Source: Eledone cirrhosa (Eukaryota). From it: a stretch of 64,000 bases of DNA. Each line of letters begins with the position of its first letter. The first letter of the stretch is position 1. The stretch is from the NCBI GenBank assembly GCA_964016885.1, contig OZ024757.1, forward strand, positions 27,032,001 through 27,096,000, read 5' to 3'. Under the pieces are notes generated by a model that ran no database searches, was not told the origin of the DNA, and worked only from the letters and a program-made list of their open reading frames with translations. The translations under genes and the position numbers were made by a program. Below, one piece after another: positions 11,251 through 25,422 of the stretch.

Positions 11251-11332
11251 GGTCATATTGAACATTAAGAATAATGTTCGATTCGTTTGTAAATAAAATT
11301 CTAATTTTATATATATATACATATATAACTAT

Positions 11333-11374
<42 letters not shown>

Positions 11375-12564
11375 CTGCATGTGTGTATGTGTGCATGTGT
11401 ATATAAATGTGTGTATGTGTATATATGTATATATATATACCTTTTTTTCAAACTACACTTCTCTACTTGGAGTATCTTCCTTCTAAAGGTTTTTTTTCTC
11501 TTTAATGTGAAATCTGGGATCGAAAATATCAAGGAAGTATTAAGTAAGGGTTAGTATGAAATAAATGGTTAAACAAAAACTGGATTTAAAGAGTAAAAAA
11601 AAGCAACAACACCACAAGTAGTAATTTATAATATTGACTATTCATTGTATATAGTTCTTAAACCTTTTGGTGCTGTTGGTGACGTAAGTAACCAATAGAG
11701 TAATCTCCTCTTTAATACATAATACAGTGTCAAGGGAAGTGATTCATAACAAAAATTCAGCTTCCTGAAAGGTTAATCATTCTCAAGGGAGTTACTAAGA
11801 TAAGCAAAAAGAATGAAAATGAAAAAAAAAAAAATCAATCACCAGGAAGATTGTTGAAACAAAACAGTTTGTTTCTATGAAAGAACCAGGTAATGTATAC
11901 AGTTGTATATAGGAAAAATAATATATTGATGGAATTTCTGAATGTGGCATTTTGATTCTATTGCTATATGGCATTGATAACAAAATTGGGGCTGATGTAA
12001 GACTATGCTGCACCTGAGGCAAGGACAACTACTACTGTATCCTCACACACATATACACACACACATGAAGGGCTTCCATTGGTTATAATTTACCAGGGGT
12101 TTGGACCTGGAAAGTAACTCTCCCAGGTGCAAACCTGAGGAAGGTGTTTTTTGTGGAAGACCAGCAGTCACCCACACATGCCAGTCTTCCCTCTCTCTTC
12201 AAGTCACTGATGTTGTCCAAGAGAAAGGCAAAGGCCGATACAACTTGGCATCAGTGACATTGTAATTCATTTTTTCCCATTTTTTTTTTCAACTCAGTGG
12301 ACTGGAGCAACCTGAAATAAAGTGTCTTGTTTAAGGTCACAATGTACTGCTCAGTTTGGGGATCAAACTTGTGATTCAATGATCATGAGTCCAACACTCT
12401 AATCACTAAACTACATGCCTTCACACACACACAGACACATGCCAACACATACAAAATTGCCAGCTTTAACTTTTTTCAAAAGCAGGTCAATTCTGTTTGT
12501 CTTTCAAGAGTCACATCTGCACCCCTTTCCTGTCTGCACTCAATAGCAACTGTTGCACCAAACC

Positions 12565-12750
12565 GGGGTAACACCAGACCTGGGTAACACTAGACTGGGG
12601 TAGCACTAGACCTGGGTAACACCAGACCTGGGTATCACTTGACCTGGGTAGCACTAGACCTGGGTAACACTAACCTGGGTAACACCAGACCTGGGTAACA
12701 CCAGACCTGGGTAACACCAGACCTGGGTAGCACTAGACCTGGGTAACACC
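12565..12750. repeat. 16-bp minisatellite (~11 copies)
   Basis: Unit AGACCTGGGTA(A/G)CAC(C/T). Confidence 0.9.
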
Positions 12751-13036
12751 TATAAAATGATCTTTGATTGGTAAAGTTTAGCATTGAGATCTATATTCTG
12801 ATAACTCAGCAGAGAAAATTATTGATATTGTTGATGTTGATGATCTGATCAATACAATAAACACTGTAAAGTTGTTGGTGATAGGAAGGGCATCATCCAG
12901 CAATAGAAAGCCTTCCAAACAAAGGGCTAGGAGGACTGTTTAGGTGTGTCAAGATCATAACAGCTTCCCAAATGTTGGTGTCATGATAAAATGTACATGG
13001 TAGAGTGTGAGATCTTACACCAGACCTCAAAGCTCC

Positions 13037-13224
13037 TTAACCCTTTAGCATTTACATTACTTTATATTTACTATTGTTTTCGTGTAGTAAAGGCTTTATC
13101 TCACATAATATCGAATCTACAAGATTTTGATATTATTTATTTTAAGAAGAATACCTTAACATCATTATGAGTGGCTGGTTATAGCCAATTTGAACAGAAA
13201 GATGTTTAATGCTAAAGGGTTTAA
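13037..13224. mobile_element. piggyBac-like MITE (short copy)
   Basis: TTAA-CCCTTTAGCATT ... AATGCTAAAGGG-TTTAA termini. Confidence 0.75.
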
Positions 13225-14079
13225 GGTCAGAAGCACTGCTTGAGTTCTGACCAGTCTGTGACAACATGTCCAACTCTTGCTAGCAGGAAAAGCATGTTAA
13301 ACAATGATGATGATGTTGTTGTCTCCTGGGAATATTTCAATCTGAGAGATCTCTTGTAGTTTTTTTTGTTGTTTACACCATTACGGCCTTCCATACATAT
13401 AGTGATGCTATTATTTACGTTTATGATGATGATGACGTTGGTGGCGTTATTTAACCCCAGGCCCAGCTTGATTAAGGAGACCCATGATTTAAAGCATTCC
13501 AGTCGTGGCCATCATGTTTTGTTATTTTTCTCCATGATGGCCTTCCATACATGTAGTAATGTTAGTTTTTATTTGACGAATATGAAGATGATGATGTTGA
13601 TGATGATGATGACTGTTGTTGTTTAACCCTAGGTCTAGCTTGATCAAGGAGACATATGATCTAAAGCATTCCACCCGTGGCCATCCTCTTGCTTTCTGTA
13701 GGAATGTTCAGGACCACATTATTTAATGTGTCCTTTCCCTGTTTTCAAAGACAGTAGGGTGTGATTTGAGGGAGATTCGGCTGTTATTTCTAGCATGACA
13801 TTCATAATAATGATGATGATGAAGATATAATGATGGATGTGACGGGGTGTGGTGAAGTGCAGTATGGTGCAGAGCAGTGCAGTATGGTGTAGAACTGTAA
13901 TATGGTGTCCTGCAGTGTGGTGTGGTGTGGTGTGACATGAGGATTACCTGGTAACAAGAAAAGCTTGAATTGAAAATGCTACAATATAATCAAGTGGAGC
14001 TCTCCTGAAATCATTGGGTCGAATGGGAATTAGAAATAAAAGTAGATTACTTTCTGCTCCAAAGAAGCTTCCATATTTT

Positions 14080-14312
14080 TCAGCAGTAGCAACAACAGAA
14101 GCAGTTGCAACAACAGCAGCAGTTGCTGCAACAGTAGCAGTTGCAACAACAAAAGAAGCAATTGCAACAGCAACAGCTGCAACAACAGCAACAGCGATTG
14201 TAACAACATTAACATTTGCAACAACAACAACCATTGCAGCAACAACAGCAGTTGCAATAAACAATGACATCAGTTGCAATAAACAACAGCAGCAGTTGCA
14301 ACAGCAGCAGCA
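14080..14312. repeat. Degenerate (GCA/ACA)n microsatellite
   Basis: Directly visible; produces poly-A/T/Q/L ORFs on both strands. Confidence 0.85.
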
Positions 14313-16146
14313 GCTAAGTTCTAAAGAAAAACAAGATCCTTTTGCAAAACTCAAGATTTAATTTAATTTATTTGTGTAGGGGAGTGTGGTGTGATGGGAT
14401 GTCCAGTGTGAATTGAAATAGATTTGGCTGTTATTTCCAGCAGGTCATTGTGGTGGTGTAGTGTGGTACGGAGGAAGATTTGGCTGTTATTTCTAGCATC
14501 TTATTCTAGTGTAGTGTGATGTGATGTGGCATGAGCATTTTCTGGTAACAATATAAAAGAATATTCAATATAAAATGCCACATAATCAATAGGGATTTCA
14601 GCTCTTATTAAGGACACCCTACCCCACCCATCTAAAACTATCAACAGTTTAAATAGAAAATAGAATTACAAGTCAATAAACATTTATATTTATGAAGCAT
14701 TGAGCAAATTATGAATTTTGAATGAATGTTAGCTTAATGTTAACTGCTTCAACAATCATTTTATTTTATTTACATCTACTGGCCAATAGGAAGTTAATCA
14801 ACAAGATCCCAGACCTCATTCACTTAATGAGTTGGGTAGAGCTCGTCAAATCAGACCGAGGAAACAATGTTTCCATTGGTCTTTCTAATTGCTAATACTA
14901 TGTTGGTCGCAACTCCAGGCAGAAGGAGCAACGTGAAATAAAGTGTCTTGCTCAAGGACATGATGCATCACCCAGTCTGGGAATCGAAATCACAACCTCA
15001 CGATTGCGAATCCAATTCTCTAACCATTCAGCCATGTACCTTCACTACTGGCTAATAGATAAGGCTTAAAATCATGGAAAAATTTGTCAGCCCACTTTGG
15101 TATAATGGGTAGCACAGCCATCTGGCATATGTCAAGTGTGCAGGGCCTATGAGAGTGGGATCCAGCTGGTACTTTGTTCCAGGGACCAAGAGCTAAGAAG
15201 GCCCCACAGAAACCATGCAACATCCATTTTGAGAAAAACTTTGCCTGCTTCAGGCCCCAAACCGCCATGTAAAATTTTTCTTGGAAGCCCTGCAATTGTG
15301 AATTCATGTTCCACAGGCAATGTTGTCCACTTTTTTCCATTTGTAGGGAATTATATACCTAACTTGTTTGACTTTTTCTCATAGTCAAACACCAGTATTG
15401 AAGCAGCTTAACTTTAAGCTAACATACATTCAAAATATAGAATTACAAGTAGTTTAGTTGTATCTGATCCAAAGATGCTTTCATACTTTTTTCAGCAGTA
15501 ACAGCAGACATTTAGGTGTATGAAAAAAAAATAACAAGAAGGTATCTTTGTTTCATTTTGTGTGTAATAGAACAAAGAAAATGTAAATTTATAAAAAAAA
15601 TTATAAAAAGGTAAAGAAATCAATTATCAGATAGGACCAAAGAAACAATGTTTCCATTGGTCTTACCATTGCTGATACTATCTGTCAGTCACAACTCCTC
15701 GAAGAAGGAGGTAGGATTTGAACTCAGAATATACAGAGCTGGACCAGATACTGCAAAGCATTCCATCCGACTCTCAAACAATTCTGCCAATCCACCACCT
15801 ACTAGATCTAATACTTTATTTATTGACCCCTGAAAGGATGAAAGGCAAAGTTAACCTTGGTGGGATTTGAACTCAGAGTGCAGAGAGCTGGAACAAACAC
15901 TGAGGCATTTAATCCAACATCTTAACAACTCTGCTAAATTAAGCCACCTTATAAAAGAAATATTTGATTTCCATGTAGAAGTTTCTAGAAAATTTAAATC
16001 ACATTTAGTTATATATTTTATTTAAAAAATAGATATCAAAGATTACAAAGACACCTCACTTCCTACAATGTCATATTAACATTTTCCTTAATATCCAGGC
16101 AAAATATGAATAAGAAAAATAAATTCAAAAATCATTTAGGTATATT

Positions 16147-16474
16147 CAGTGTACCCCCAGTATTCGAGGACCTAGCATTAGGGGTCCAGGTTATTAGCAG
16201 AATTTTCCATAGAACCTAACTTATAATTGTTTGTGGAAACCACCACATATTCGCGGAATCGTAAATATCTTCTGCGATTTTTTAATGTCTTTCTTTGTGG
16301 CAATATATATTTTTTCATGCTAAATAATTAATAACAATATACAGTATTTGATGGCCTATATTTTACGTTATGTTTTAACGTTTATAGGCATTTTTATAGA
16401 CCATGTCCAATATTCATAACTTTTTACTCTTCACGGATGCTCTAGGAACATAACCCCCCATAAATACCAGGGAC

Positions 16475-16478
<4 letters not shown>
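16147..16478. mobile_element. pogo/Tigger-like (Tc1-mariner) MITE
   Basis: Diverged copy of 30214-30508. Confidence 0.75.
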
Positions 16479-16513
<35 letters not shown>

Positions 16514-16624
16514 AGAAAAAAGGTTTAATTTGATTTAAAATTTGCATATATCACTGATTACTTTGTGGTTGCTATATATATATGTAGAAGTTATATTTAA
16601 TTTGTTGTATGTATCAATGTGTGC

Positions 16625-16662
<38 letters not shown>

Positions 16663-17158
16663 CTCTGTGTTTTTATCTATGTGGTGTGCATTTATGTATG
16701 TACTTGTGTAAACGCATGTGTGTGGTGTATGTGTTCCTATGTACATACATATGTTCGTACATACATATGTATATGTAAATAAATGGTTATTGCTTCTATA
16801 TATATATATATATATTTACTATAAAAGTATAAATATGTTGGTTTTGGGTTGTTGTTGTTGTTGTATACTTTTTTAATATATAAGTAAATAATATATAGAC
16901 TTAAGAAAAAAAGAATGAAAAAATACCACATAGCTTCTTTTTTATTTATCATCTCATTCTATCGCTGTAAAAATAAAATTAGAAGATAAGGAGAGATAGA
17001 AAGAAAGACTGAGAGGGGAAGGCAGGAGGGAGGGAGAAAGAGTAAAAGGGAGCAAGGGGGAAGAGTGAAAGGGGTAGATAGATAGAGGGAGAGAGAAAGA
17101 GAGAGAGAGATAAAGAAAGACTTCTTCAAAAAGACAAACCATTTCTGTTGAGAAATTG

Positions 17159-17359
17159 CTAAGGTTTATTAGCAGGTTTCAAGGTATTTATGTCTACTCC
17201 TCTCTTATCTTTCAGATGTTGACAAAGTGTTGTCAGGCATAGGTCCATCACCAAATCCAATATTACTTGTTCTTCGGGTGAAAATTTCTCCTGGAGGTAC
17301 ATTCCAATCTGGGCTTTCGTTGCTGGACGGTCAATGCCGATTTTCAGTCTGGTCAAATT
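17159..17359 (-). CDS. PTRH1: Peptidyl-tRNA hydrolase 1 homolog, coding exon 5 (terminal)
   Basis: tgtttttgtAG|AAT TTG; encodes NLTRLKIGIDRP...YLQEKFSPEEQ...KPANKP*, matching the Pth RLRIGIGRP...F motif. Confidence 0.93.
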   Translation of the reverse strand, partial: NLTRLKIGIDRPATKAQIGMYLQEKFSPEEQVILDLVMDLCLTTLCQHLKDKRGVDINTLKPANKP

Positions 17360-17430
17360 CTACAAAAACACATAATCATCATCATCATCTTCATCATCAT
17401 ATTCATCCTTGCTAGCAGAGAAAATTGACA

Positions 17431-17730
17431 TTAACCCTTTAGCATTTACATTACTCAATATTTATTATTGTATTTTTACAGTAAACACTTTATCTTACAT
17501 AATTATCTCACATAGTATCGAATCTATGAGTACAATAGCTTAACATAAGTATGAGCAGCCGGTTATGACCGGTTTGAACAGAAAGATGTGATGAACATCA
17601 TAGTGATGTTAAGGTATTGTTCTCAAAATAAATAATATAAAAAATCTCAGATTTGATACTATGTGAGGTAAAGCCTTTACCATGAAAATATAATAGTAAA
17701 TATAGAGTAATATAAATGCATAAGGGTTAA
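17431..17730. mobile_element. piggyBac-like MITE with internal inverted duplication
   Basis: TTAA-CCCTTTTAGCATTTA ... TAAATGCATAAGGG-TTAA. Confidence 0.75.
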
Positions 17731-18373
17731 TGTCCATTTTTCTTACTAGCAAAGATTGGATGGGCCTTCACAAACAAATTCACTACTCAAGTGGGGCTAT
17801 TGACCTCTTAGATATGCTCAGGGCTCAGTATTATGTTTCATTTCATATGTTCCTGCACTTTCCCAAATGGTTTTTTATTATGACACCAGCATTAGGGAGG
17901 TTGTTATATCTGTGACATAGCTGAAGAGTCCTCCAGAATTTTTACAGATGGACGCCATTCCTATCACCACTCACCTGGGCCTATGAGGTGTGTGTGTGGG
18001 GGGGGGGGGGTCTAGCTAGTACTTTGTTCCAGGGCCCAAGAGTTAAGAAGGCTCTACAACAATCATGCAACATCCATTTTGAGAAAAATCTTTGCCTGCT
18101 TCGGGCCCCATAGGGGTTTTGTACTGCCTTGCAAAATTTCTTGCAAAGGGGTTTTGTACTGCCCTGCTACTCACATTACAGAGTGTACTGGGTGTGTTTA
18201 TTGTGTACACCACCAACACTAGGGAGCATTGTCATGTTTCTGACAAAGCTGGAGAGACCTCCAGACTCTTGTTTTGGAAGGTTTTCTAAGGCTCGATGCC
18301 ATTCTTATCATGAGACAGCAATAACTGATTGTACAAGTGGATCTTCACCATTGTAACTAATACTGACATGTAA

Positions 18374-18448
<75 letters not shown>

Positions 18449-18855
18449 ACACGTCTATGGTTTTCCCGCTTTCACCTCGGGCAGTTCACGTACGGGTCAT
18501 TTTTCGACCTTTTAGATCTGTGCTTGCTGGCGGATAACAATATATTTTACCGTTCCTGGGTCTTTAGCCCTAGGAAAGGAAAATGCTTCTCTGATGAACT
18601 TTGATTTTCCATTAGAAATCCATTGGATTTCTGGTGTTTTACAAAGCAAAACCGATCGGTAAGGGCCAAAAGAATAGGTAAATATTTAAATTATATTTTT
18701 TAATTTATTTAAAAAAAAATTGGTTGAATTTTGCTTGTTCTGCTTATCTTAATATTATAGTTCTGGTATGTCAAATTAATACCATAGAACAACCTTAAAT
18801 CATAGACAACCTATATATTTCTAGGGGTACTTAGTACCCACGGGCATATTAACTT

Positions 18856-18890
<35 letters not shown>

Positions 18891-19078
18891 TGTATCGAAT
18901 CTAATAACTATGTGTATACTCTGGGAGTTTATTTAACATTACCTATTGATTTCGCTGAGATGCAACCGGTCCTAGCAGTGATACCCATGCTAGTTCCATC
19001 AACCTATTATATATATATCTATATATATATATATATATATATATAGAAGTAGTTCCACAACAGTTAGTTCACCATTAC

Positions 19079-19118
19079 TGAGAACAATTGTTTTACCTTA
19101 TTCGGATCATCAGTCCCA
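19079..19118 (-). ncRNA. Degenerate hammerhead motif (GAAA to AAAA), same family as 4779-4919
   Basis: tggga-CTGATGA-tCCgaataaGGt-AAAA-CAATTG-TT-ctca. Confidence 0.45.
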
Positions 19119-19335
19119 TGGACTGAGTGCTCTACTACTGCTAATATATCCCACCAGTGTTCTACTATCATACATACAGTATATATAAGTACACTCACAT
19201 ACACATATATTTATGTATATACACATACTTACATGCACACATAAAGAAATACATATTATATATATATATTCATCATCATCGTTGTCATCGTCATCGTTTA
19301 ACGTCCATCTTCCACGCTTATATATACATACATAA

Positions 19336-19450
<115 letters not shown>

Positions 19451-19466
19451 TAAACACACACACATG

Positions 19467-19498
<32 letters not shown>

Positions 19499-19499
<1 letters not shown>

Positions 19500-19847
19500 G
19501 GAGGCACATGGTTTAGTGGTTAGAGCATTGGCCTTGCAATCGAAAGGTTGTGAGTTCAATTCTCAGACCGGGTGATGTGTTGTTTCCTTGAGCAAGACAC
19601 TTTATTTCACATTGCTCCAGTTTACTCAGCTGTAGAAATGAGATGATAGGGACTGGGGTCCCTAACATTCCACTGCAAAGTGGCCGTGGAGGTGCCACGG
19701 CAAAAAAGCACCCAGCACTCACTGTAAATGAGGTTGGTGTTAGGAAGGGCATCCAGCTGTAGAAATCAAGCCAGAATCAGTTCCCGTCCCACCCTTGCAA
19801 GCAGGGAAAAAGCGGACGTAAAATGAAATGATGAAATGATGATGAAA

Positions 19848-19850
<3 letters not shown>
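19499..19850 (+). mobile_element. tRNA-derived SINE family A, full length
   Basis: GGAGGCACATGGTTTAGTGGTTAGAGC (A box), GAGTTCAATTC (B box), CCTTGAGCAAGACAC centre, GTTAGGAAGGGCATCCAGCTGTAGAAA, (GAT)n tail. Confidence 0.92.
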
Positions 19851-19897
<47 letters not shown>

Positions 19898-19973
19898 TCA
19901 TCATTATATATATACAGGCAAGCAGAGAGGGGGGCAGGCTCTAGACAGAGATAAAGAAAGTTGACCAACATAC

Positions 19974-20019
19974 CTCAGAGTCCAAAGCATTCAACACTGA
20001 CCTCACACCACTGTGTCCA
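19974..20019 (-). CDS. PTRH1: Peptidyl-tRNA hydrolase 1 homolog, coding exon 4 (46 nt)
   Basis: ttgcAG|T GGA CAC AGT...GAG|GTATGT; encodes (N)GHSGVRSVLNALDSE, the GHNG-type motif. Phases 2/0 fit. Confidence 0.92.
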
Positions 20020-20942
20020 CTGCAACAATGTAATAAATATAGAAACAAATATCTTTGTTAGATTAATTATAGTAATAGGTAGTTATTAACAGATTATATG
20101 GTGGTGGTGGTGGTGGTGTGTGGTTGTTGTAATTGTGGTGGTGGTGCTGGTCCTGGTGGTTGTAGTGGTGTGTGGTGTTGGTGGTGGTGGTGTGTGGTTG
20201 TTGTAGTGGTGGTGGTGCTGGGATTGGAGGTTGTATGGGTGTCTGGTGTTCGTGGTGGAGCGTGTTAGGGGTGTGTGGTGCTGGTGATAGTGTGTGGTGC
20301 AGTGATAGTGTGGTGGTGGTGATGGTGATGTTATGTGCTAGTAGGACAGGTGGTGTGTGTTGGCAGTGGATAAAGGCAGTGAATTGGCAGTATCAATAGA
20401 GCATTGGACATCATGCTTTGCAGCATAGAGTTATGGTCCTTCACATTCTGAGTTCAAATCCTCGGTTGACCTCAACGGGATTAGAACTCAGAGAGCAGAG
20501 AGCAGGCATGACTACTTCAAAGCATTCTATCCGACATTCTAACAACTCTGCCTATACACCATGTGAGATAAAGCCTTTACCATGTGAGATAAAGCCTTTA
20601 CCATGAAAATATAATAGCAGAGTAATGTAAATAAATGCTAAAGGGTTAATCAGTGGGTTATACCAGGAGAAAGTAAGAGAGAACTACATTTAGGAGGGGG
20701 CATAATGTACCTTTTTTTTCTGGTATTTTTTAAAGCTTTGATATAAAAAAGTACCAGTCTAGTAGTACTGGGGTCGATTCTTCTTCTATACCTCTTTCTC
20801 ATTTCCTCTCTCTCACTTTCTATCTTTTTCTGGAAGAAATCTGCTGTTCTCTGGCCTGGAGAGAGACGGGTTCCACCAGGCTTAAAATGCCCAGGGAACA
20901 CTATGTCAATATGGTGCCCCTACGACTATCAGGAGTTACAGG

Positions 20943-21180
<238 letters not shown>

Positions 21181-21772
21181 ATTACTGGTAACATGTATCC
21201 CAGTACAACCTGTCACATGGTCGGGTCGTTGGCGACTAAACTGGCAACCCAACCAAGTTTTCTTGGTGAGGAGGGTGACTTTGGACATCCTGCAGGACTA
21301 AAAACAAAGCCTGTCAAAGGGCAAAGGCGCTCTTAAGAGTCAATGGCCATCCAAAATCACCGGGAGAGATGACCCCGTAGCCTTTGTCAAGGCAGAATTC
21401 TAGGAGAAGGAAAACTCTGATATAACACCTGCAACCCTCATGGTATCCAATGATGTTGACTTGTTCTTCTTTTTGGTAAATATCTTCTTGGTTAAGAGAG
21501 TGGGACTGGCTTTGTGCAGTGCCTTTGCTCACTATAAAAGTTTCACGGCACAGGCATTGCTTTATATCTGGAGATCTCTCTGCACTTGTCGTCACATGGT
21601 ACCATGGGCCCAGCACTATGTGTCAATAATTGTCACAGGTGTAGTGTTTGTACCAGAGTTTTCAAGTCGCTGGCTGGACTAAAAAGTCACACTCGTTCGG
21701 CGCATCGGTAGGGGTTCTCCTACATGGATATAAAGTAGTGGCCGTACTCGAAAACGAGTTGGCAGCCACCAT
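21181..21772 (+). mobile_element. ~590-bp interspersed repeat, probably a non-autonomous RTE-derived element (5'-UTR-like)
   Basis: Highly similar inverted copy at 32828-33420; contains TCTAGGAGAAGGAAAACTCTGA, reminiscent of RTE 5' UTRs; ends in (TATG)n. Confidence 0.6.
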
Positions 21773-21776
21773 GTAT

Positions 21777-21810
<34 letters not shown>

Positions 21811-21939
21811 GTATGTATATATATATATATGTATGTATGTATATATATATATATGTATGTATATATATATATATGTATGCATGTATATATATATATATGT
21901 ATGTATATATATATGTATGTATATATATATATATGTATG

Positions 21940-21970
<31 letters not shown>

Positions 21971-21991
21971 GTATGTATATATATATGTATG

Positions 21992-22024
<33 letters not shown>

Positions 22025-22109
22025 GTATGTATGTATATATATATGTATGTATATATATATGTATGTATATATATATGTATGTATATATATATATGTATAT
22101 ATATGTATG

Positions 22110-22140
<31 letters not shown>

Positions 22141-22319
22141 GTATGTATGTATATATATGTATGTATGTATATATATATGTAAATATATATATGTATGTAT
22201 GTATATATATGTATGTATGTATATATATATATATGTATATATATATATGTATGTATGTATATATATATATGTATGTATGTATATATATATATGTATGTAT
22301 GTATATATATATATGTATG

Positions 22320-22351
<32 letters not shown>

Positions 22352-22417
22352 TATGTATGTATGTATATATATATATGTATGTATGTATATATATATATGT
22401 ATGTATGTATGTATATG

Positions 22418-22448
<31 letters not shown>

Positions 22449-22471
22449 ATATATATATATATATATGTATG

Positions 22472-22509
<38 letters not shown>

Positions 22510-22517
22510 TATGTATG

Positions 22518-22601
<84 letters not shown>

Positions 22602-22608
22602 TGTATGT
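21773..22608. repeat. ~830-bp compound (TA)n/(TATG)n microsatellite
   Basis: Directly visible; source of the 130-320 aa Y/I/M/C/V ORFs. Confidence 0.97.
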
Positions 22609-22770
22609 AGTATTAGTTATACTATTTATGGTTATGCAAATACAAAACCTTAAGCAGTTGTAAGTATTTTACACACACCCTAAATAGTGGTAGGCAGTAA
22701 TGTATTACTACCTTATTACCAGTAAGTTAAGTAGCTCAATGTAAAAACATCAGATGATTTACAGAGCAGT

Positions 22771-22844
22771 TATATGAAATATAAGAATCAAAGAACTGCT
22801 CAAAACATGTTTTGAGCAGTTCTTTGATTCTTATATTTCATATA
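22771..22844. repeat. Perfect 74-bp spacerless palindrome
   Basis: TATATGAAATATAAGAATCAAAGAACTGCTCAAAACA|TGTTTTGAGCAGTTCTTTGATTCTTATATTTCATATA. Confidence 0.95.
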
Positions 22845-22855
22845 TGTATGTATAT

Positions 22856-22889
<34 letters not shown>

Positions 22890-22898
22890 GTATGTATG

Positions 22899-22931
<33 letters not shown>

Positions 22932-24088
22932 GTATGTGTGTATGTATGTATATATATATATAAATATGTGTATATATATATATATGTATATATATAACCA
23001 TCATCATTGCTAAATGTCAACTAAAAGATTTAGTTTATCAAGAAACAGACTTAGCATAAGAGATTATATAAAAATTCATTTTTTTTTTTTTTTTTTCAAA
23101 GAAGACAATCAGATTAAAAGATTATAGATTACCCGCCATCCCCCCCCCCCCCTGTAACCTACTCTGTGTGGGAGAATATATATCAACAGGATACCCCCTA
23201 ATCCCACACTTGATGACAACTAAAGTCCTTGTTGAGCTTTAGGATTGGACAGGTGGACAGAATATACATCCTCTACCCTGGTCAAATATTTTCAATGATC
23301 TCCAGTCGGTGTTATTGTTGTTGTTGTTGTATAGCCCCAGGTCAATCCTGATCAAGTAGATATTATGATTAAAGACACTACTATCTTAGAGAGTGGACTG
23401 GGTGCTTTTTGCCATGGTATCATTATGATCACCTTACAGGGTGGACTGGGTGCCTTTTGCCATGGTATCATTATGATCACCTTACAGGGTGGACCGGGTG
23501 CTTTTTGCCATGGAACTAGTACAATGGGTGCTTTCTTTGTCCAAATGATTGAAAACATCCTCTCAAGGTAGTGAGTGCTCCAGTATGGTCACAGTCTAAT
23601 GACCGAAAACCAGTAAAAAATGTAAGAGTCAAATACATGTCCTACTGAAATGGTCATCTGCAGGGTGAGGTGATTCTTTCTGTTTTTTGCTTTTTCTTTT
23701 ACTGGTTCAGTCATTAGACTGTGGCCATGCTGGTGCACTGCTTTGATTTAATCGACCAGAGTCACGATAAAATTCTCTCGGTAGATGTCGTAAAGTTGTT
23801 GCTGCTAGGAAGGGCATCAAGCCATAGAAACCAAGCAAAGTATGTTGTCTGACACTCTACCGATTCTGCCAATCTACTGCCCTATTTGTAGAATAATGTT
23901 CAGAGAACTTCCATTTTATTAAACAATACTGAAGCATACGTGTGTCATAATGTCGATAGATGATTCATATGTGTAAAATTATTTCATGGATGTTAGTTCT
24001 TTACTGAGGAGAAACATTTTTTTAGGGGTGTTATAAAATATATTTTAACCGAATATTATTTTTGTTTTATTATTAAAATAAAACAAAG

Positions 24089-24280
24089 GGCGGTGGATTG
24101 GCAGTATCGGTAGAGGGTCGGACGCCATGCTTTGACGCATAGAGTTATGGCCCTTGCCATTCTCAGTTCAAATCCCGCCGAGGTTAACTTTGCCTTTCAT
24201 CCTTATGGGGTCGATAAAATAAAGTACCAGTAATGCACTGAGTAATTGCTGGCCTTGTGCCAAAAGTAGAAACAATTATT
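24089..24280 (+). mobile_element. tRNA-derived SINE family B, short variant (one of many copies/fragments in the window)
   Basis: GGCGGTGGATTGGCAGTATCGGTAGAG (A box), AGTTCAAATCC (B box), GCCTTTCATCCTTATGGGGTCGATAAAATAAAGTACCAG, (ATT)n tail. Confidence 0.9.
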
Positions 24281-24449
24281 AATAAAACATAAAAATTGCA
24301 AATAATGTCCAAATTTTTCTGCAGACCACCAAAATTCTCTCTCGGATCACCAGTGGTCCATGGACCACCGGTTGGCGACTGCTGGACTAGATAATACAGT
24401 CGACAACAGAGCAGCAACAACAACAATAAAAGCTGCATCAGTGACTTAC

Positions 24450-24549
24450 TTTGCAGAGCCTCCATCCTTCAAAGCGATCTTCCCCATTCTTCGATCAATG
24501 TCATCATGGATAAGGTAAACATTCTCTGCGGGTACATCGAAATGACGAG
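24450..24549 (-). CDS. PTRH1: Peptidyl-tRNA hydrolase 1 homolog, coding exon 3
   Basis: ctttcAG|CT CGT...GCA AA|GTAAGT; encodes (A)RHFDVPAENVYLIHDDIDRRMGKIALKDGGSA, with the HD(E/D)LD and GGSA motifs. Confidence 0.95.
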
Positions 24550-24817
24550 CTGAAAGACATTCAGTGAGGGAGGTCATGTGAGGTGGTGAAAAGAAGGAGG
24601 AGGAGGAGATTTTATGTATGTTATTGTTCAAGTTCATTTATAATTCATAGTTCACAATAATTACTACTGGGGAGTTAACACTGCAATGGACTAGCACTCC
24701 ATCCAGGAGGGAACCGCATACTCTCAGTCACTTACCACCAATGAAACTGGGATAAACATCAGCCTGGTGAGTCTTTGGGCTTGGGACAGACTTGAATTTT
24801 ATACACACACGCGCAGA

Positions 24818-24848
<31 letters not shown>

Positions 24849-25422
24849 GTTTGTGTTTGTGTGTACTTGTAAAGTGGTCATGTAGGTGTCACAACAAAAA
24901 GCACCCAGCCCAGACCGTAAAGTGGTTGGGTAGGTGACATGACAAAAAGCACCCAGCCCAAACTGTGAAGTGGTCGTGCAGGTGTCATGACAAAAATCAC
25001 ACAGCTCACACTGTGATGTGGCTGGAGTTAGGAAGGGCATCTAGCTATAGAAATCTAGCCAGAAACAGTTCTGTGTGAGCAAGAGATGGTCACCTGACCC
25101 AACTTGCCTCAAACGGGACAACCCATCTAACCCATGCAGGGAAAAATGGCCATTAAAAGGTGATGATGATGATGATATATATATATATATATATAGCTGT
25201 ATGGATGCAAGAAAGATTGCGTCCATAGGCGGTATGCTGGTTGAGCACTCAATGCTGGCGCAGAGCAGAGTATAATAGTATAAGAATAAAGGAACAAGGA
25301 TTCAGTGTTGCATCATAACATATTTAATAACATATTACTTATGTTTCACTATCGATCAGCTCGAGAAATGATTGATCAAACCTGAATTTCATGCATAGAA
25401 TCGGAGACAAGATCACACAGGA

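Noticed and set aside
13944-14361. Ala/Thr-rich antifreeze- or mucin-like ORFs
   Set aside because: A (GCA/ACA)n microsatellite open in several frames, with no supporting splice structure.
18586-18636. CTGATGA...GAAA-TCCATTGGA-TT hammerhead-like string
   Set aside because: No stem I or stem II pairing.
19499-19575. Possible tRNA gene
   Set aside because: A and B boxes are present but there is no proper cloverleaf, and the sequence continues into a SINE body repeated four times in the window.
21314-21682. ORFs conserved between 21.3 kb and 33 kb
   Set aside because: The similarity reflects recent repeat copies; no recognisable domain.
21648-22663. Longest ORFs in the track (320 and 290 aa)
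   Set aside because: (TA)n/(TATG)n lacks stop codons; artefact. The same applies to the many other YIYI/CVCV/HTHT ORFs.
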